Source of the DNA: Octopus vulgaris
Taxonomy: Eukaryota
Assembly (NCBI GenBank): GCA_951406725.2
Contig: OX597819.1
Location: 71,982,001 to 72,046,000, forward strand
Direction of reading: 5' to 3'
DNA: 64,000 nucleotides
Position 1 is the stretch's first letter, and every line of letters starts with the position of its first letter. Below the pieces are notes generated by a model. The model saw only the letters and a program-made list of their open reading frames with translations, made no database searches and had not been told where the DNA came from. Both the position numbers and the translations under genes were made by a program. This document shows positions 28,125 to 43,919 of this stretch, piece after piece.

Positions 28125-28177
<53 letters not shown>

Positions 28178-28733
28178 TATATATATATATATACTCTGTT
28201 AGACTATTTAAGGAATGGTCCTTTTGCCAGTTTAGCCTGAATGAAAATTACACTACGCACTATATATTTGGTGTTACTTTGCTTCAGTGTTATTTATTTT
28301 TTACATTAAGCTTAATCTTAATTTCGGCCAGAGTTCTTTCGAATCACACTCCTGTGACCCGCATCAGTCGGAGATCCTTTCCTTTCTTCTTTCCTAGATT
28401 TGTGTCTCTCCTTATTAACCGTCAGCCATTTTGTATTTCTATTGTATGTGTCTTCATTTGCGCATGCGTATATCTCTATGTGCGTCTATGTTTCAGTTAG
28501 TGTGTACTGTGTGTGTGGGGGGGGAATGCACTGTAATATTTGTAGTCGAATGAATTGTTTATATACGTTCGTGTAATTTCTTTTTGTTTTTGGTACTTAT
28601 TCTTTCGCGTATGCGGCAAAGCAACCGGTTGTTGCCTGCCCTTTGTCAGGCTTAAATACAGATAGCTTATACAGGTAGAACTAGAATGGAACAGACAGAC
28701 AGTTCCAACAGGCACCGTAATGGTCATATTTAC

Positions 28734-30395
<1,662 letters not shown>

Positions 30396-31810
30396 TGTTT
30401 CTTTATTGGCCACACAGGGCTGAACACAGAGGGAACAAAATACAAAGTAGAGCTTTTCTTTTTGGGAAGGAAAGAAAAAAAGCTGGGGTAGAATTTCGAT
30501 CAAATGAAATCGTGGAAAAAAAGTGGGGAAGCCGATCAATAGGGATCGTGTGTCACAGAAATGCCATAGTGTAAAATGGGAAACAGATTAGGTTTATCCA
30601 TGGAAAGAAAAGCCTACGGAAAAGACCACGGTAACCTCGGGCAATAATGTCATGCAAAAAACACATTACAGTAAGTGACTCTCTTTTTTCCTTCCTTTTT
30701 CTGGTTTATAGGATTATGCTCAAGCTGGCTCCGTCATTCACATGTGCCATCCTTGCTACATTCACCCATCTTTTTTTTTAAACATTCACTAGACAAAATT
30801 TCCCTCTCTACTCTCACTTTCCTCTTCAAGTGAAACTTGAAGAAGTTGATGAGAGATCCACCAGAGAGGAAAAGCGTTTGACTCTAGACTTTTCAGACGA
30901 GTCCACCATACACATATTTTTGCCATAGCCACATGTACGATGAAAATGGCTCTCCCTTCTAGTTTCAAGGAAGGAGGCGCGACAATATTTACGATAGACT
31001 CGCTTGATAAACTGACTCGTCCCTCACGCGTTATCAGTCGTTCGACATAAGCCCACAGGTCGGAAACGGTTGGACACTGTACGAGTGCGTGCAGAACGGT
31101 TTCATCGCTCTGGCCGCATCTCGGGCAGGTTGACTCCGTGTTTCTCGAACCAATCTGTAGAGCTTATCCCAAACGGGTAGCTCTTCTCGATAGCACTGCC
31201 AGGCCAGGAATGTCTGGAAGTTGTCCATAGGTCCCGGCCCGAAAGTCGTCCTGAACAGGCGGGTCAGGTATTCCTCGTCGACGCCCAGGTTCGCCCCAAG
31301 ATCGTTGTCGTACCTCCTCTCCACTAATCCCCTATAGAATGCTTTGGTTGTGTTGCAGTCGCTCAAGATTGACCCGGTACGGCATAGTTGCTGGAGAGCG
31401 ATGCGACACTCGCGGTGCCATTCGCCCTTCCTCGGCCTCTTTTTGATCCACGACTGCAGTTCGGTCATGGAGACGAGCTGCGGGAAAGCGCGCCTCACAA
31501 ACGGTGACCACAACTGTTCACCGTCGTCTACGTAGAGCCGGAGATGTCGCAGTCTCAGCACGTGTCTGCGCATTATCAACCACGGCATGCCCAGCCCTCC
31601 TTTTAACGGGTATTGACAGCAAACGGATCGCCTGACCATCGGAATGCATGCTTTCCACAAGAAGCGGAAGAGAATACGTTCCAGCTTGGAGATGGTAGGG
31701 TCGGGACAAGGCACGACAGTCAGGCAGTAGTAGATGACGGACGCGATGTACGTGTTCGCCACCTCCGTCCAACATTTTAGGGACAGCTTCCCCTCGGGGC
31801 ATGCCGGGTG

Positions 31811-31812
<2 letters not shown>
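30396..31812 (-). mobile_element. Tx1/L1-type LINE copy 2, between (GATA)n tracts
   Basis: Same motifs and the same 5' breakpoint as copy 1. Confidence 0.9.
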
Positions 31813-31899
<87 letters not shown>

Positions 31900-31913
31900 T
31901 TTATGTGTATGTG

Positions 31914-32105
31914 CGAGCGATGTTGAAAACTTCCTACAGGAGGATCAGTTAATTATGATTTTATTCAACATATTTCCCTCTCAGATTCACACACTTATTG
32001 CAGTGGTCCTTCAGTTTTTCTAAGCCCTGTAAAAGAACTCGAAAGTTTGGGTCCCCAGCCAGGTCTTTAAAGCCAGGAACTTTTTCAACATCCAGCCCCA
32101 CAGGT
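31914..32105 (-). mobile_element. Mariner-derived MITE
   Basis: Imperfect TIRs (GATGTTGAAAACTTCCT / AGGAACTTTTTCAACATC). Mariner C-terminal peptide QGLEKLKDHCNKCVNLRGKYVE*. Confidence 0.7.
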
Positions 32106-32127
32106 ATATATCTATGTGTGTGTATGT

Positions 32128-32166
<39 letters not shown>

Positions 32167-33169
32167 TGTACACGATGGGCTTCATCCGGTTTCTACCAAA
32201 TCCATTCACAAGCCTTTCGTCGGCCCGTGGCTATAATAGAGGACACCTGCCCAAGGTGTCATGCAGGAGACTGAACCCGAAACCACGTGGTTATGAAGAA
32301 GTTGTTTACCAGACAGCCATATGTTTGGGTTTTTTATTGCTGTATTGCTCTGTTCTGTTTTCTTCGAAAAGTCAGTTTCGTATCTTTTCTTCTCCAAGAG
32401 AGAGAGAGGGGGGAGAGAGAAAGAGAGGGAGAGAAAGTTCTTCAAACTGTTACAACAGAAGCGGTTGTGGTGATGGTGTTACTGATGATGTCTACAATGG
32501 TTCGAACTTAAGCCCAAAGCCAGCAAATTTTTTTAGGGGCCGGCAAGTACTCGATTACATCAACCCCAACTTATAATAACTGGTCCTTATTTAATAGACC
32601 CCCGAGAAAACGAAAGACAAACTCGGCCTTGATAGTATTTGAATTCAGAACGTAAATGACCGGAACAAATGCCGCTAAGCGTTTTGTTCGACGCTCTAAT
32701 GATTCTGTCAGCTCGCCGCCTAACTATAATAATCCTTCCTATTACAGCCACAAGGCTTGGAATATAGCGCGGGGGGCAAGTGGTTTACCTCGAGCCCGGT
32801 GCTTAACTGCTATTTATTTCATCGATTTCGAAGGATAAGCGACAAAGTTGACTTCGGCGGAAAATGAATTCTGAACATAAAGACGGACGAAATACCGCGT
32901 AGCATTTTGTCCGACGCGCTAACACTTCTTCATGCTTGACACCTTAGGTATGTCCATCATAATGACCGCCCCTTTCCTCCTTACCTGTGTCTGTTGTGAC
33001 TTTATGTCCAGTGAATGAGGAGTGAAGGGATTGGTCAAGGCCGCCTTAAGAATATCCCTTTCTTGGGCCGATTGTGTGTGTGAGTGAAAGAGAGACAGAC
33101 AGACAGACAGAGGCAGAAAGAGAGAGAGAGAGAGAGAGAAACAGACAAACAGACATACAGACAGAGGAG

Positions 33170-34096
33170 AAGCCAACTTCAGGTTTTGACGGGTCTTTTA
33201 TCCGAAAGTCACTGTACAACCGAAGGGCAACGAGCCGGCAACTGGCGGAGGAGATGCAAAAGATGACAGGGAAGCAGTTGTCTACAACCACCGTCAAGAC
33301 CAGATTACTGGAAGCCGCTCCTTACAGCCCAAAACCGGGAGAGGCGGCTGCTCTGGGCCCGTGCCCACAAGACATGGACCGTGCAGCAGTGACAGACAGT
33401 GATGTTCACTGACGAGTCGCGATTCAGTCTCGTCAGTGACAAGCCTGTCCATGTGCGACGCCGCAGGGGTGAGCGCTTCAACAAAAAGACTGCATGGTGG
33501 GGGTGGTCTGATGGTGTGAGGGGCGTTCAGCTACAGTGGTGTTGGGCGGCTCTATGCCGTCGAAGGCAACATCAACGCAGCAAAGTACGTTGAGATAGTA
33601 CGGGATACCTCTTTGGTGGCGAGGAGTACGTGCTCCAGCAGGACAACGCGCCTTCCCACACAGCCAAGCTCACAACCGGTTTCTTCAAGGACCATGGGGT
33701 GACGGTCATGGACTGGCCTGGCCAGTCACCTGACCTGAACCCTATTGAGAACCTCTGGAGTCGATTGGGTAGGGATTTGAATGTGCAGCAATACAGGAAA
33801 CGACACGAGCTGTTTGGGGCACTTCTTGCTGCATGGAGGGCCATCCTCGCACAGTACCTGCAGGCACTCATAGACAGCATGCCGACCTGCGTAGCAGCTG
33901 TCATTGCTGCCAAAGGAGGAGCAACAAGATATTGACTAAATTTCACGATTAATAACAATTATGTGGTGTGCTGGGATATGTTTTAATAAATGTTTGATTA
34001 AAAACGAGTTCGTTTCTGATAATAAGTTAATTAAATTAAGAAAATGTAAGAAAATGTAGAAATTTGAGAAGTGCTAATTAATTTCCGACGCAAGTG
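33170..34096 (+). mobile_element. Tc1-family (DD34E) transposon remnant, frameshifted
   Basis: MFTDESRF and QQDNAPSH...WPGQSPDLNPIENLW, with 34 residues between D and E. Right end ...CAAGTG|TA. Left TIR not found. Confidence 0.9.
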
Positions 34097-34695
34097 TATA
34101 TATATATTTTAGTAAAAACAATTAAGATTCAAGTGAGTTCCAATGAATTCACATGAATGCGGTACTTAACTTAGATGCACCAGAAATCTATATGGTATTA
34201 ACCATAAAATAATGTGGGGTGATTATAAACAAGAAAAAAGCAACAAGAATGGATTTTTTCTGTGTATATATATATATATATATATACTAGGCTATCACTT
34301 GAGATATCTCAGAAACAGTTGTAAGGCTTCATGTTCTCCTTACCCTAATTAAATTTATATAAATGACTTGAGGTTCTCGTCCTGCCTTGGTTTTTGTTGT
34401 CCCTTTCCTCTAATGTATACCTGTTAATACGGAACCCTAATATGGATCCCTAGCTGCAGCCTCAGTTGTGAAACTGGGACCTAACGGATCACTAATTAGA
34501 GCACTAATTCAGCGTACCTATTCATTTAGATCACCAGTGAGCCTCTCATATTCTTTATACACACATATATATATACATGTAGACGCAAGCGTGACTGGGT
34601 GGTGAGAAGCTGAACATATATATTTGCGTGTATGCGGAGACATATATGTATATATGTGTGTTTGTATGTATATGATATGCACATGCGTGTGTGAG

Positions 34696-34751
<56 letters not shown>

Positions 34752-34881
34752 CATACATGTGTGTGAGTGTGTGTGTGTGTGTGTACGCGCATATGCAGAT
34801 TCTATGAATGAAGAAATTACTTTCACCATGCCTATTGGAGTAATTTCCCTTTATTTAACGGTTTCCTTTTTTCATAGCGTT

Positions 34882-34956
34882 TTGTCTTAATAACTGATGA
34901 GATGCCGGAGCAGTTTTCAGCCCCGGTGTCCGAAACTCTGAGTTTTATTATGACAA
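34882..34956 (+). ncRNA. Type I hammerhead ribozyme motif, essentially complete
   Basis: Stem I TTGTCTTAATAA/TTATTATGACAA (11 of 12 bp); CTGATGA at 34894-34900; stem II GATGCCGG/CCGGTGTC; GAAA; stem III ACTC t GAGT; GUU triplet with predicted cut after 34944. Confidence 0.85.
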
Positions 34957-35619
34957 CCAACTAATTATCGCATATTATATTTATTGATAAATTCCTCTAT
35001 TTTAGATAATATCGAGGTCTCATTCTTTTGTTGTCATATTATTATTAATGCGTGTGTGTGTGTGTGTGTGTATTTTGTGTGTCTGTGCTTGTCCCCCCAT
35101 CATCGACTAACACATTTTAAGGCGGTGCTCCAGCATGGCTGCAGTCAAATAACTGAAACGAGTGAGAGAATAAAATAAATGAAAGAATAGTGTCGGTCGT
35201 GGCTGGTGATAATACCGCCGTCGCTGGCCGTGAAGAATAAAGTTCAAATATGATATTATCTGTTTTCGTTAGAACTGTGATGATGATTGCAAAATATATT
35301 TATAGGAAACATGACGAAGAAGACGGCGCTGTTTATCAATGGCGGCGGCGGCGGCGGCGGTGGCAACGGAGGCGCATGGTATTGTGGCCGATGCCAAAGG
35401 AAGAAAGAAAAGAAAACATTGGCATTGTGCCAATGAAAAGATAAAAGTGTTACCCTGAGATAATTAGTTGGTCAGCTTCGTCAGAAATTTTGAATTTGGA
35501 TGTGAAATGGGGGAAGACTCGTGCTAAAATATTAGTTAATGAAATTTTACCTTACAACCCCAATGAGTTGAAGAGTTAGAATTATGCTTTCAAATAATAA
35601 TAATGATAATAATAATAAC

Positions 35620-35676
<57 letters not shown>

Positions 35677-35887
35677 CCCGTCTACTATGGGCACAAGGCC
35701 TGAAATTTGGGGAATTATATCGACTCCAGTGTTTCACTGGTACCTCATTTATCGACCTCGAAAGGATGAAAGGCCGGTGGACATCGGCAGAATTTGAACT
35801 CAGCGCGTAAAGACAGACGAAATACTACTAAGCATTTTGCTGGGCGTGCTAATGAATCTGCCAGCTCGTCACCTTAATGATGATGAC

Positions 35888-35932
<45 letters not shown>

Positions 35933-35971
35933 AATGATGATGATGGTGGTGGTGGTGGTGGTGGTGGTGAA

Positions 35972-36011
<40 letters not shown>

Positions 36012-36018
36012 GTGGTGC

Positions 36019-36055
<37 letters not shown>

Positions 36056-36057
<2 letters not shown>

Positions 36058-38690
36058 CCCTTACTGGCCACAAAGGCGATTGAGGTTAATAAAAAAGGAT
36101 AAAGGATAAATGAAGATATAGCCAAGTACCTAAAAATAGAATTTCAATAAACCAGTAAATTCCGCCAACAGTGGGGCAGACTCCCTTGGGTAATTTGGAG
36201 GGAACTGTGCACAAACAGGTGCAGACTATTCTGCCATCGCCGAGTTATGAAAAGTGCTCACCCACCCAGTTTCTTTTCTCTAGCTTGGAAAAGCATACAC
36301 AGTGTCGGCCCGTTCGGCCTCGCCAATCAATAAACTCACTTGAAGGCAGCGCCTCCCTCTCTGCCTTCAACTTCAAATGATATTTGAAGAAATTGATTAA
36401 GAGTTTGAGCCCATAGGAATGTACCTGTCCTTAAACCTTTCAGACGAGTCCACCACACACAGCCTCTTTCACTACAGCCACCAAGAAGAGAAAGAGCTGT
36501 CTTCCTTGTCTGCCAGAGAAAGGTGTAGCGTCGATCTTCCCTATACATTCGACGGACATCCAGATTCGTCTTACACGAGACAGCAGCTTTTCCACACAAC
36601 CCCACAAGTTGCTAATGCCCAAATATTGAAGGATAGCGTTGCGGACGGTTTTGCCTTCCAGCAGCTTTAACAGGTTCGACTGTTGGAGCTTCTATGCTTA
36701 CATGAAACACTGCTATGCCAAGTCCTTTTGGAAGTTGCCTTTAGTCTTTGACCAGAAAGTACTCCAGAACAGACCGCTCAGACTGCTCTCGTTGATGCCC
36801 TGAGTCAAGCCTGGTCCATTGTGGCTCATCTCAACTATAAAAATCCAGAGCTGTTTTCCTGTCGACCGCCTTTTCCAGCTGGCAATATTTTAGATGTCAA
36901 TCGCTCATTCATGGTCTACACTTGACCTATGACTGCAGCTTGGTTTAGGAAATAATTTCGCCCGCGTTTACGTCGTCAATGCCAACATAATCGCAGTGAT
37001 CTATTTCCGCAACTGCATCCACCTCAGAAGGTACCAGCGCATCATCAAAGACCATCATGCTGCATGTATTGGTAGCAGATAGATTTCATGACCAGTGAAA
37101 CATGTCCCTTTCATAAAATATGAAAATTATATCCGTTCTAATCCGGTCAGAACTTCCTTCGGACAAAGTACAACGGTCAGATAGTAGTTCGCTCCTGCCC
37201 AATTTTTCAGGAAAAGCTTCTTCTCGGTCAACTTCTGATCAAGATTGTCCCCACTCCTTCTTGAGACCTCTTCCCAGTTCTTATTCTCCTGGAGTTCTAG
37301 ACGGAATCAGACTCCGAGCATTTTTACTGGTCACGTGGTCAAATGGCAGAAATTCTTGCTAGCCAACCTGGATTTCCATCTCTTAGTCCCCAATTGCAAT
37401 CCCACTAAATTCATGTGTGATCCTGTAACTACGTGCTATTCTCTAAGTATCGAGTTAATCACTTCTAGATCCGAGACGTCCGACGCCATGACAGTGATGT
37501 CGTCTGCATATACCCGTTCGAGTTGTGTATGCTAGTACCCAGACTCGACACCCCTCAAATATCCACCAAAGAGCGATGGTCCCCTCTGTTGAATGCTTTG
37601 GACTGATATAGATCAGTCAGTGTCCCCCCGCCCCATCCCATAAACCGGGTCTATTCTCGACCCACTCTACAATGTGTTGCATAAAGTCGAGGTGCCGTGA
37701 ATAGATCTGCCAGAGATTTTAAAGTTTTACGATTCTTTGACTACATTCCTACTCAGGAGCACCTTTGCCGAGCAGTTTTCATGTTTTCCATCGCGTCTCC
37801 TTTGTTTGGAGCCTTTCCCTGCGGTGCCACCACTTTCCCGGTTCAGTCGACTGGAAATGTTCCCAGTCTGTTGCCAGCTGCAGTGGACGGCTACAAAGAT
37901 TAGAGCAAACAAGTCTGGCATGCGAATAAGTCTGGCATAGCTCATAGGACAGACCATCCGATCATGGCGATTTACGCCCCTCACAGTGGCTCAATACATC
38001 CGCCGCTCTATCGGCTGAAATTGTTTTTTCACAGCACACGGTCCCTCTACCTTCATGCTTCGGCGTATGTTCCCTTCCTCAGACAAGGCAAGCTTCGAGT
38101 TTTGCCTTAAGGAATACATTCTCGTTTGCAATACCTCTTCAAAGACACGATTTTCTCTTTTATTCTGTTGATCTTTGTAGCCACCATTTTGGTGGAACTA
38201 ACAGATGTTTCCCTAATTTTTCTTTTTCGTGAAACCTATGAACTGCCTTTTTATTTATGATAGTTCCTATTTATTCTTTTCTTAACTAGTAAACGAATCC
38301 GAAGCTTGAAAACTTTCTGCGTTGGGAAGGACCTGTTCATTTTCCAGTAACCGTGTTATTGTCTATTCTGAATTGACTGTAAAGGTCCCAAATCTCTGGT
38401 CTAAGTAGCCAATTTTCAGAAAGTATGGGCCACTAATACAAGACCTGTCTGTTAATCTGACTGAAACCCTATCTAAGTATGACTTAGGTGGCCCATTGCG
38501 ATTTAACAAAGTCCAAATTGGTACATTAGGAAAATCGGGGCGAAACCTATCAGATAGTTGGACTGATTTGTGAGATATTGTGCACCCGACTCTCTTACCC
38601 CACATAATTTTCGCCTGCATCTAAGATCCCATTCGAACCACCGACCTCTATGAGAAATCAATCCTACCAGGTCACCACATTATTATGCAG
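36056..38690 (-). mobile_element. Old, heavily decayed Tx1/L1-type LINE ORF2 (APE + RT + C-terminus)
   Basis: APE tail SYLDRV...YLDQ, GYWKMNRS (~38330-38352), KSP*SDGLSYE (~37940-37975), YADDITV (37490-37510). C-terminal CVWWTRLKGL is homologous to the young copies. Confidence 0.8.
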
Positions 38691-39221
38691 TAATGATTAA
38701 TACTAATTGTGTTGAAGACAGCATTTTCCTTTCTTTCTGGTCATGCCTTCGCTAATATCTTCGAACAACACCGGAAGATGCGGGAGATGAACAAAGGAAG
38801 GTCCTGTTCTATGGTGTGTTTAATGAAGGGTGAAAGTGCGAGCGGTGAGATTGGCGGGGCTAAATATACAACAGTAAACGGGAAGAAACAATCAGAGAGA
38901 GAGGGCACTTTTAATGCTTTGACGAGGCAAATTAATCAAGGACCCCAACCCACGGTTGCTACCACCACCACCTCTGCTTTCTTTTCTAATCAGTTGTTCT
39001 TGTTGTTTGCGCCAGAGTTGCTTTTCGTCTTTGAACTGTGTTCATTGTATTGGGCCTTAAGAAAGTAGCCAGTGAATTACTGGGGTAGACTTTGTCGACT
39101 ATTTTCTCTCCTCAAATTTCAGGCCTTCTGCCTTATTAGAAACAAATACAAGAGGGAGAGGGATCGGCAGAATTATTTGGGTATCGAGAAAAAATTCCTT
39201 GCAATATTTGTTCCAACTGAT

Positions 39222-39550
39222 CAAATTCCGCAGAGGTCGACTTCGCCTTTCATCCTTTCGGGGTCGATGAATTAAGTACCAGTGAAACACTGGGGTCGAT
39301 GTAATCGACTAGTCCCCTCCCCACAAATTTCAGGCCTTAAGCCTATAGTAAAAAGGATTATTATTATTAAGGTGGTGCGCTGGCAGAATCGTTATGAACC
39401 CGGACAAAATGCTTAACAGCATTTCATCTGTATTCGCGTTCTGCATTCAAATTCCATGGTCGACTTTGTCTTTTATCTCTTCGGGGTCAATAAAATGAGA
39501 CTTATCCCCCTCCTCCGAAATTGCTGGCCTTGTGCCAAAACTTGAAAACA
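39222..39550 (+). mobile_element. Tandem SINE family B copies
   Basis: Family core motif occurs twice. Confidence 0.8.
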
Positions 39551-40405
39551 TTGTTGTTGTTATTGTTGTTGAAGAGTCAGATGGCAGAATAATCAAAAAG
39601 CCTGACAGCAATGCCTTGCATTATTTATTCACGTCATTTTACTTTCTGTCCTGAAACACCTCTGGGATTACTTTTACAAATCAAGAGTGGCACCGATGTT
39701 ATTGACGATAAATTTGGGGCCTGGTGCCAAGCTAAAGAATCAATAATAGTTTATATGTTATTGATTTCTCTATTTGCATTATGCTTTTGCCCTATAAAAC
39801 AAAACTCGATTCCATGTTGCCTCATGAAGTGTTTTAATTTTGTGTTGCCGGTATTGACGGACATGACAATGGGTGCTGAGTCTAGTCATTTTATGTGGAT
39901 TCATGTGGATTGATGATTGTTGAAATCTTGCACATGTGTTACTTTCTGTGTTTTGCAAAATGGACACATTGCATTTTCCGCGAACATTTTCTTTCACTTT
40001 CTAAATCTTTCTCTTTGAGAATTTCTTAAACTTTTTCCAAGCTACGTTCCAGTCTGAGAAAAAAAAATATGTCTAAACCAATCTGAACGTCTTTCTTTGA
40101 TTCCTTCATTCATTTGCTCCCTTATATCTCAGAATGTTGACCAACGTTGTCGATTATAGAGTAAGTCCCTTGGTTATTATTGTCTCGAGCCTTAAGATTC
40201 ATAGGGTCGGTTACTTTGTTTCCATGACGTGTAAGTGACCGGGATCGCAACACTTCTCCTGGACGGGGCGCCAGTCCATCGCAATGGTTATTCACTTACA
40301 GATAGGTGGACAGGAGCGACGCGAAATGAAGTGTTTTTCTCAAGAACACAACGCACCACCTGGTCTTGGATTCGAAACCACGATATTGCGTGCCGCACAT
40401 TAAAC

Positions 40406-40585
40406 CAGTGGTTCTCAACCTTTTAATGTCCTGGCCAGGTACATAACCTGGATATTTGAGTGGGGCGGGTTCTGGTCTTAAGAAACTAAAACAAGTTAAT
40501 TAAAGGAAAATTTTCTATGTCTCTAGAGGGAAGACAGTCGGGAACCAGCAGAGCGTTGTATGTTGGCCGCGGTTGAGATCCGATC
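40406..40585. mobile_element. hAT-type MITE inserted in a SINE head
   Basis: TIRs CAGTGGTTCTCAACC / GGTTGAGATCCGATC; 8-bp TSD CATTAAAC / CTTTAAAC. Confidence 0.75.
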
Positions 40586-42063
40586 CTTTAAACACTAAGC
40601 CATGTGCCTCCACCGCTTTTAGTGACTGCATTTGAAAAGTGTTCCATATCGTTAGTTGTATCTTTCGACTTTGTTATATATTTACATATTTCACACAGAC
40701 TACAACTGCTCTCTCAATTAAATTTCTCTGCGTGAGTAATTTGGCGTGAAAATACAGGAAACAGTAGACAGCATTGACTCAATGTATTCGATTGTTTACA
40801 GCTATTCGTTGAGTAATCTGCATATATCTGTTTCCCGTTAACTTAGTTTCTCATCTCTAATTCTGGCTTCCATATTTCATACCATAAAAAACGGTACGAG
40901 TATATATACTGCCTCCCAGTTTCAGCCGAGCATATTCAGGATAAAAAGGTCCAATGGAGGAACGCGGCTTGCGGGATCGTACCCGTCCCTCAATTCATTG
41001 TACTGTCCTATTGTTTATTTTTCCATCCGTTTGAATGTCATTAATTTTTTAACTGTTCATTTCAATGGTGTCCCATCCGTTTCCCGACCTCGTGTTCCTA
41101 TTGTATTCCCCTCCCCCTATGTTTGGTCCTTGTGGTTGGAATAACATTCATACTCAGGCTAAAAATGTTTAGAGCATTGAAGCATGTAATATCCGCCCAA
41201 CTTTGCATAGAGATCCCATGATGATATTTTGCGACACTTTTTCGAAATAAAGTGCATCTTTTAAACCATGAAATACGGTATTTATCGGAAATGCTAATTC
41301 TTATAAAATTTATCACCAAATTTCGATATTTTATCTGCTTTCTGACATATATTCTGATCGTAAGTCATGATACGGCAATTAAAATCCGTTGTTACTTACG
41401 GCTATGTTTAATAATAATGTTGTGCAAATTTAAAGCGGCGAGCTGGCAGTGTTGTTAGCACGCCGGACAAGATGCTTAGCGGATTTCGTCCGTCTTTTCA
41501 TTCTGAATTCAAATACCACAGAGGGCAATTTTGCCTTTCATCTTTTCGGGGTCGATTAAATAAGTACCAGTTCAACACTGGGGTCGATGTAATCGACTTG
41601 CTCCGTTCCCTGAAGTTGTTTGTTTGTAGCAAATTTTTAAAACTATTATTTTTTCCAATTCATTGACCATCCGAAGCCTGACTGCTCCAGCCTGGCCAAA
41701 AGTTGGCAACCGACATCAAATCTTCCCTGATACTCATAATATATTCTGTATTTACTCCACCCCGTATATTTACTTTATGGAAGTCATCAATCAACTTAAC
41801 GATCGTGTGTGCGTGTGCATGTGTGTGTGTGTGTGTGTGTGTGCTTCAACGTTGTTTAGTCACTTGAGCTTCAATTGCAGACGTGATACCCCTCCCTACA
41901 CACACACCCCACCACCCGTCAAAGCCAACCTTTGTTTTGCCAGTTTTATGTAAATGTTAACTTGCAGCTCTCGTTTCGTCGCTTCATTACTTATTTGCCT
42001 TTGCAATTACAGCACTATCTTCATTATTATTATTAGATCTCTCCATATTCATATTCATGGCGC

Positions 42064-42187
<124 letters not shown>

Positions 42188-42610
42188 TAACCGTTTCATT
42201 ATTTATACATAACGATGTTTGAATCATGTTTTGATAATAATGTCAGGACGTTTTGCCTTGTTTCATTCTATATCAGTTTCACGGCGCATGCGTCACACCA
42301 GAGTAGTCTTACTATGGCTACAGACAGTTGTTTTCTTCTTTTCTTTATTTTGCTTTGTTAGTATGCTTACATGTTGTTTCCTACTCCCAGTGGGAATGTT
42401 ATTACTCAATGCGTTCAAAATATCTCCTCCATCAAGTGTGTAATACAGTAAGAGACTGCGATGGAATTTGTCATGTTGCTGCTATAATTGATAACCCTAG
42501 AAAAAATATTACGGTTAATCTATGTCTATCTCTAAGTTGTTTTAAGAAATATAAATGCCAATGGTTGCCTCAGTTATTATAATTATTGTTGTAATGTCAT
42601 AACTACTATA

Positions 42611-43220
42611 AGGCGGCGAGCCGGGCGAAATGCTCAGCGGTATTTCGTCTGCGGCTACGTTCTGAGTTCAAATTCCACCGAGGTCGACTTTGCCCTTCAT
42701 CCTTTCAGGGTCGATAAATTAAGTACCAGTTACGCACTGGGGTCGATCTAATCGACTTAATCCGTTTGTCTGCCCTTGTTTGTCCCCTCTACGTTTAGCC
42801 CCTTGTGAGCAATAAAAAAAATGAGAAACGTTAACATGCCGGACGAAATGCTTAGTGGTATTTCGTCAGCCGTTACGTTCTGTGTTCAAATTCCGCCGAG
42901 GTTGACTTTGCCTTTCATCCTTTCGGGGTCGATTAAGTAAGCATTTCGCCCGGTGTGCTAACGTTTCTGCCAGCTTGCCACCAAAGAATTATTATTATTA
43001 TAAGTGTTATTAAGACGGCTACCTGACAGAATCGTTAGCGCATCGGACAAAATGTTTAACAGTATTTCGACCGTCTTTATGTTCTGAGTTCATATTCCGC
43101 CGAATTCGACTGTGCTCTCATCCCGTTGCCATCGATAAAATAAGTACCAACTGAGCAATGGGGTCGATATGATCGACTTAGCCCCTTCCCTCAAACTGTT
43201 GGTCTTTGTGCTAACAATAA
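42611..43220 (+). mobile_element. Array of SINE family B copies
   Basis: Three successive core motifs plus a short inverted head at ~42941-42982. Confidence 0.8.
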
Positions 43221-43291
43221 AAAGAATTATTGATTATGTTATTAGTTTATCTTTCCAAAATTTATTGCGTTACTTAAATATATCCAGCTAT

Positions 43292-43470
43292 CACCAGCGT
43301 TGGTAGGGGGTGCGGTAGGAGCGGTCCGCCCTGGCGGCACATTTAAAGGCGTGGCGCTGTTGAGTCAACTGTGCTTTTTGGGTCTGCTGTAGGCAATATG
43401 TGTTTTTTTATGTTGAGGGCGGAAAACGGAATGGCCGCCCCGGGCGGCACACACTCTAGCTACGCTAGTG
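43292..43470. mobile_element. hAT-type MITE
   Basis: TIRs CACCAGCGTTGGTAG / CTAGCTACGCTAGTG; 8-bp TSD CCAGCTAT / CCTGCTAC; GC-rich subterminal repeats. Confidence 0.75.
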
Positions 43471-43855
43471 CCTGCTACGACCTCAGCTTAAGCTTTCCCA
43501 AAGTGGAATGTACCATTTATCCTTGTGGGGTTCGAGTGTTTGGGTTCCATCGATGGTTCCGTAATCCCCTACACCCTTACTCCTTAATCGTGTGACTTCA
43601 GGCCTATGTTAGAAACCCTTATTTTTTCTCTTTCATCTTTTACTTGTTTCAGTCATGTGGCCATGCTGGAGCACCGCCTTCCAGAATTTTCAATCGAATG
43701 AATCGACCCCAGTACTTTTCTTTTCTTTAAGTCTGGAACTTATTCTATCGGTCTCTTTGACCGAATCGCTAGATTACGGTGACATAAACATACCAACACC
43801 GGTTGTCAAGCGGTGGTGGGGACGAAACTCTGACACAAAGATACACGCACACACA

Positions 43856-43919
<64 letters not shown>

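Noticed and set aside
33408-33437. 9-bp inverted repeat containing CTGACGA
   Set aside because: It lies in the Tc1 FTDESRF coding motif and is coincidental.
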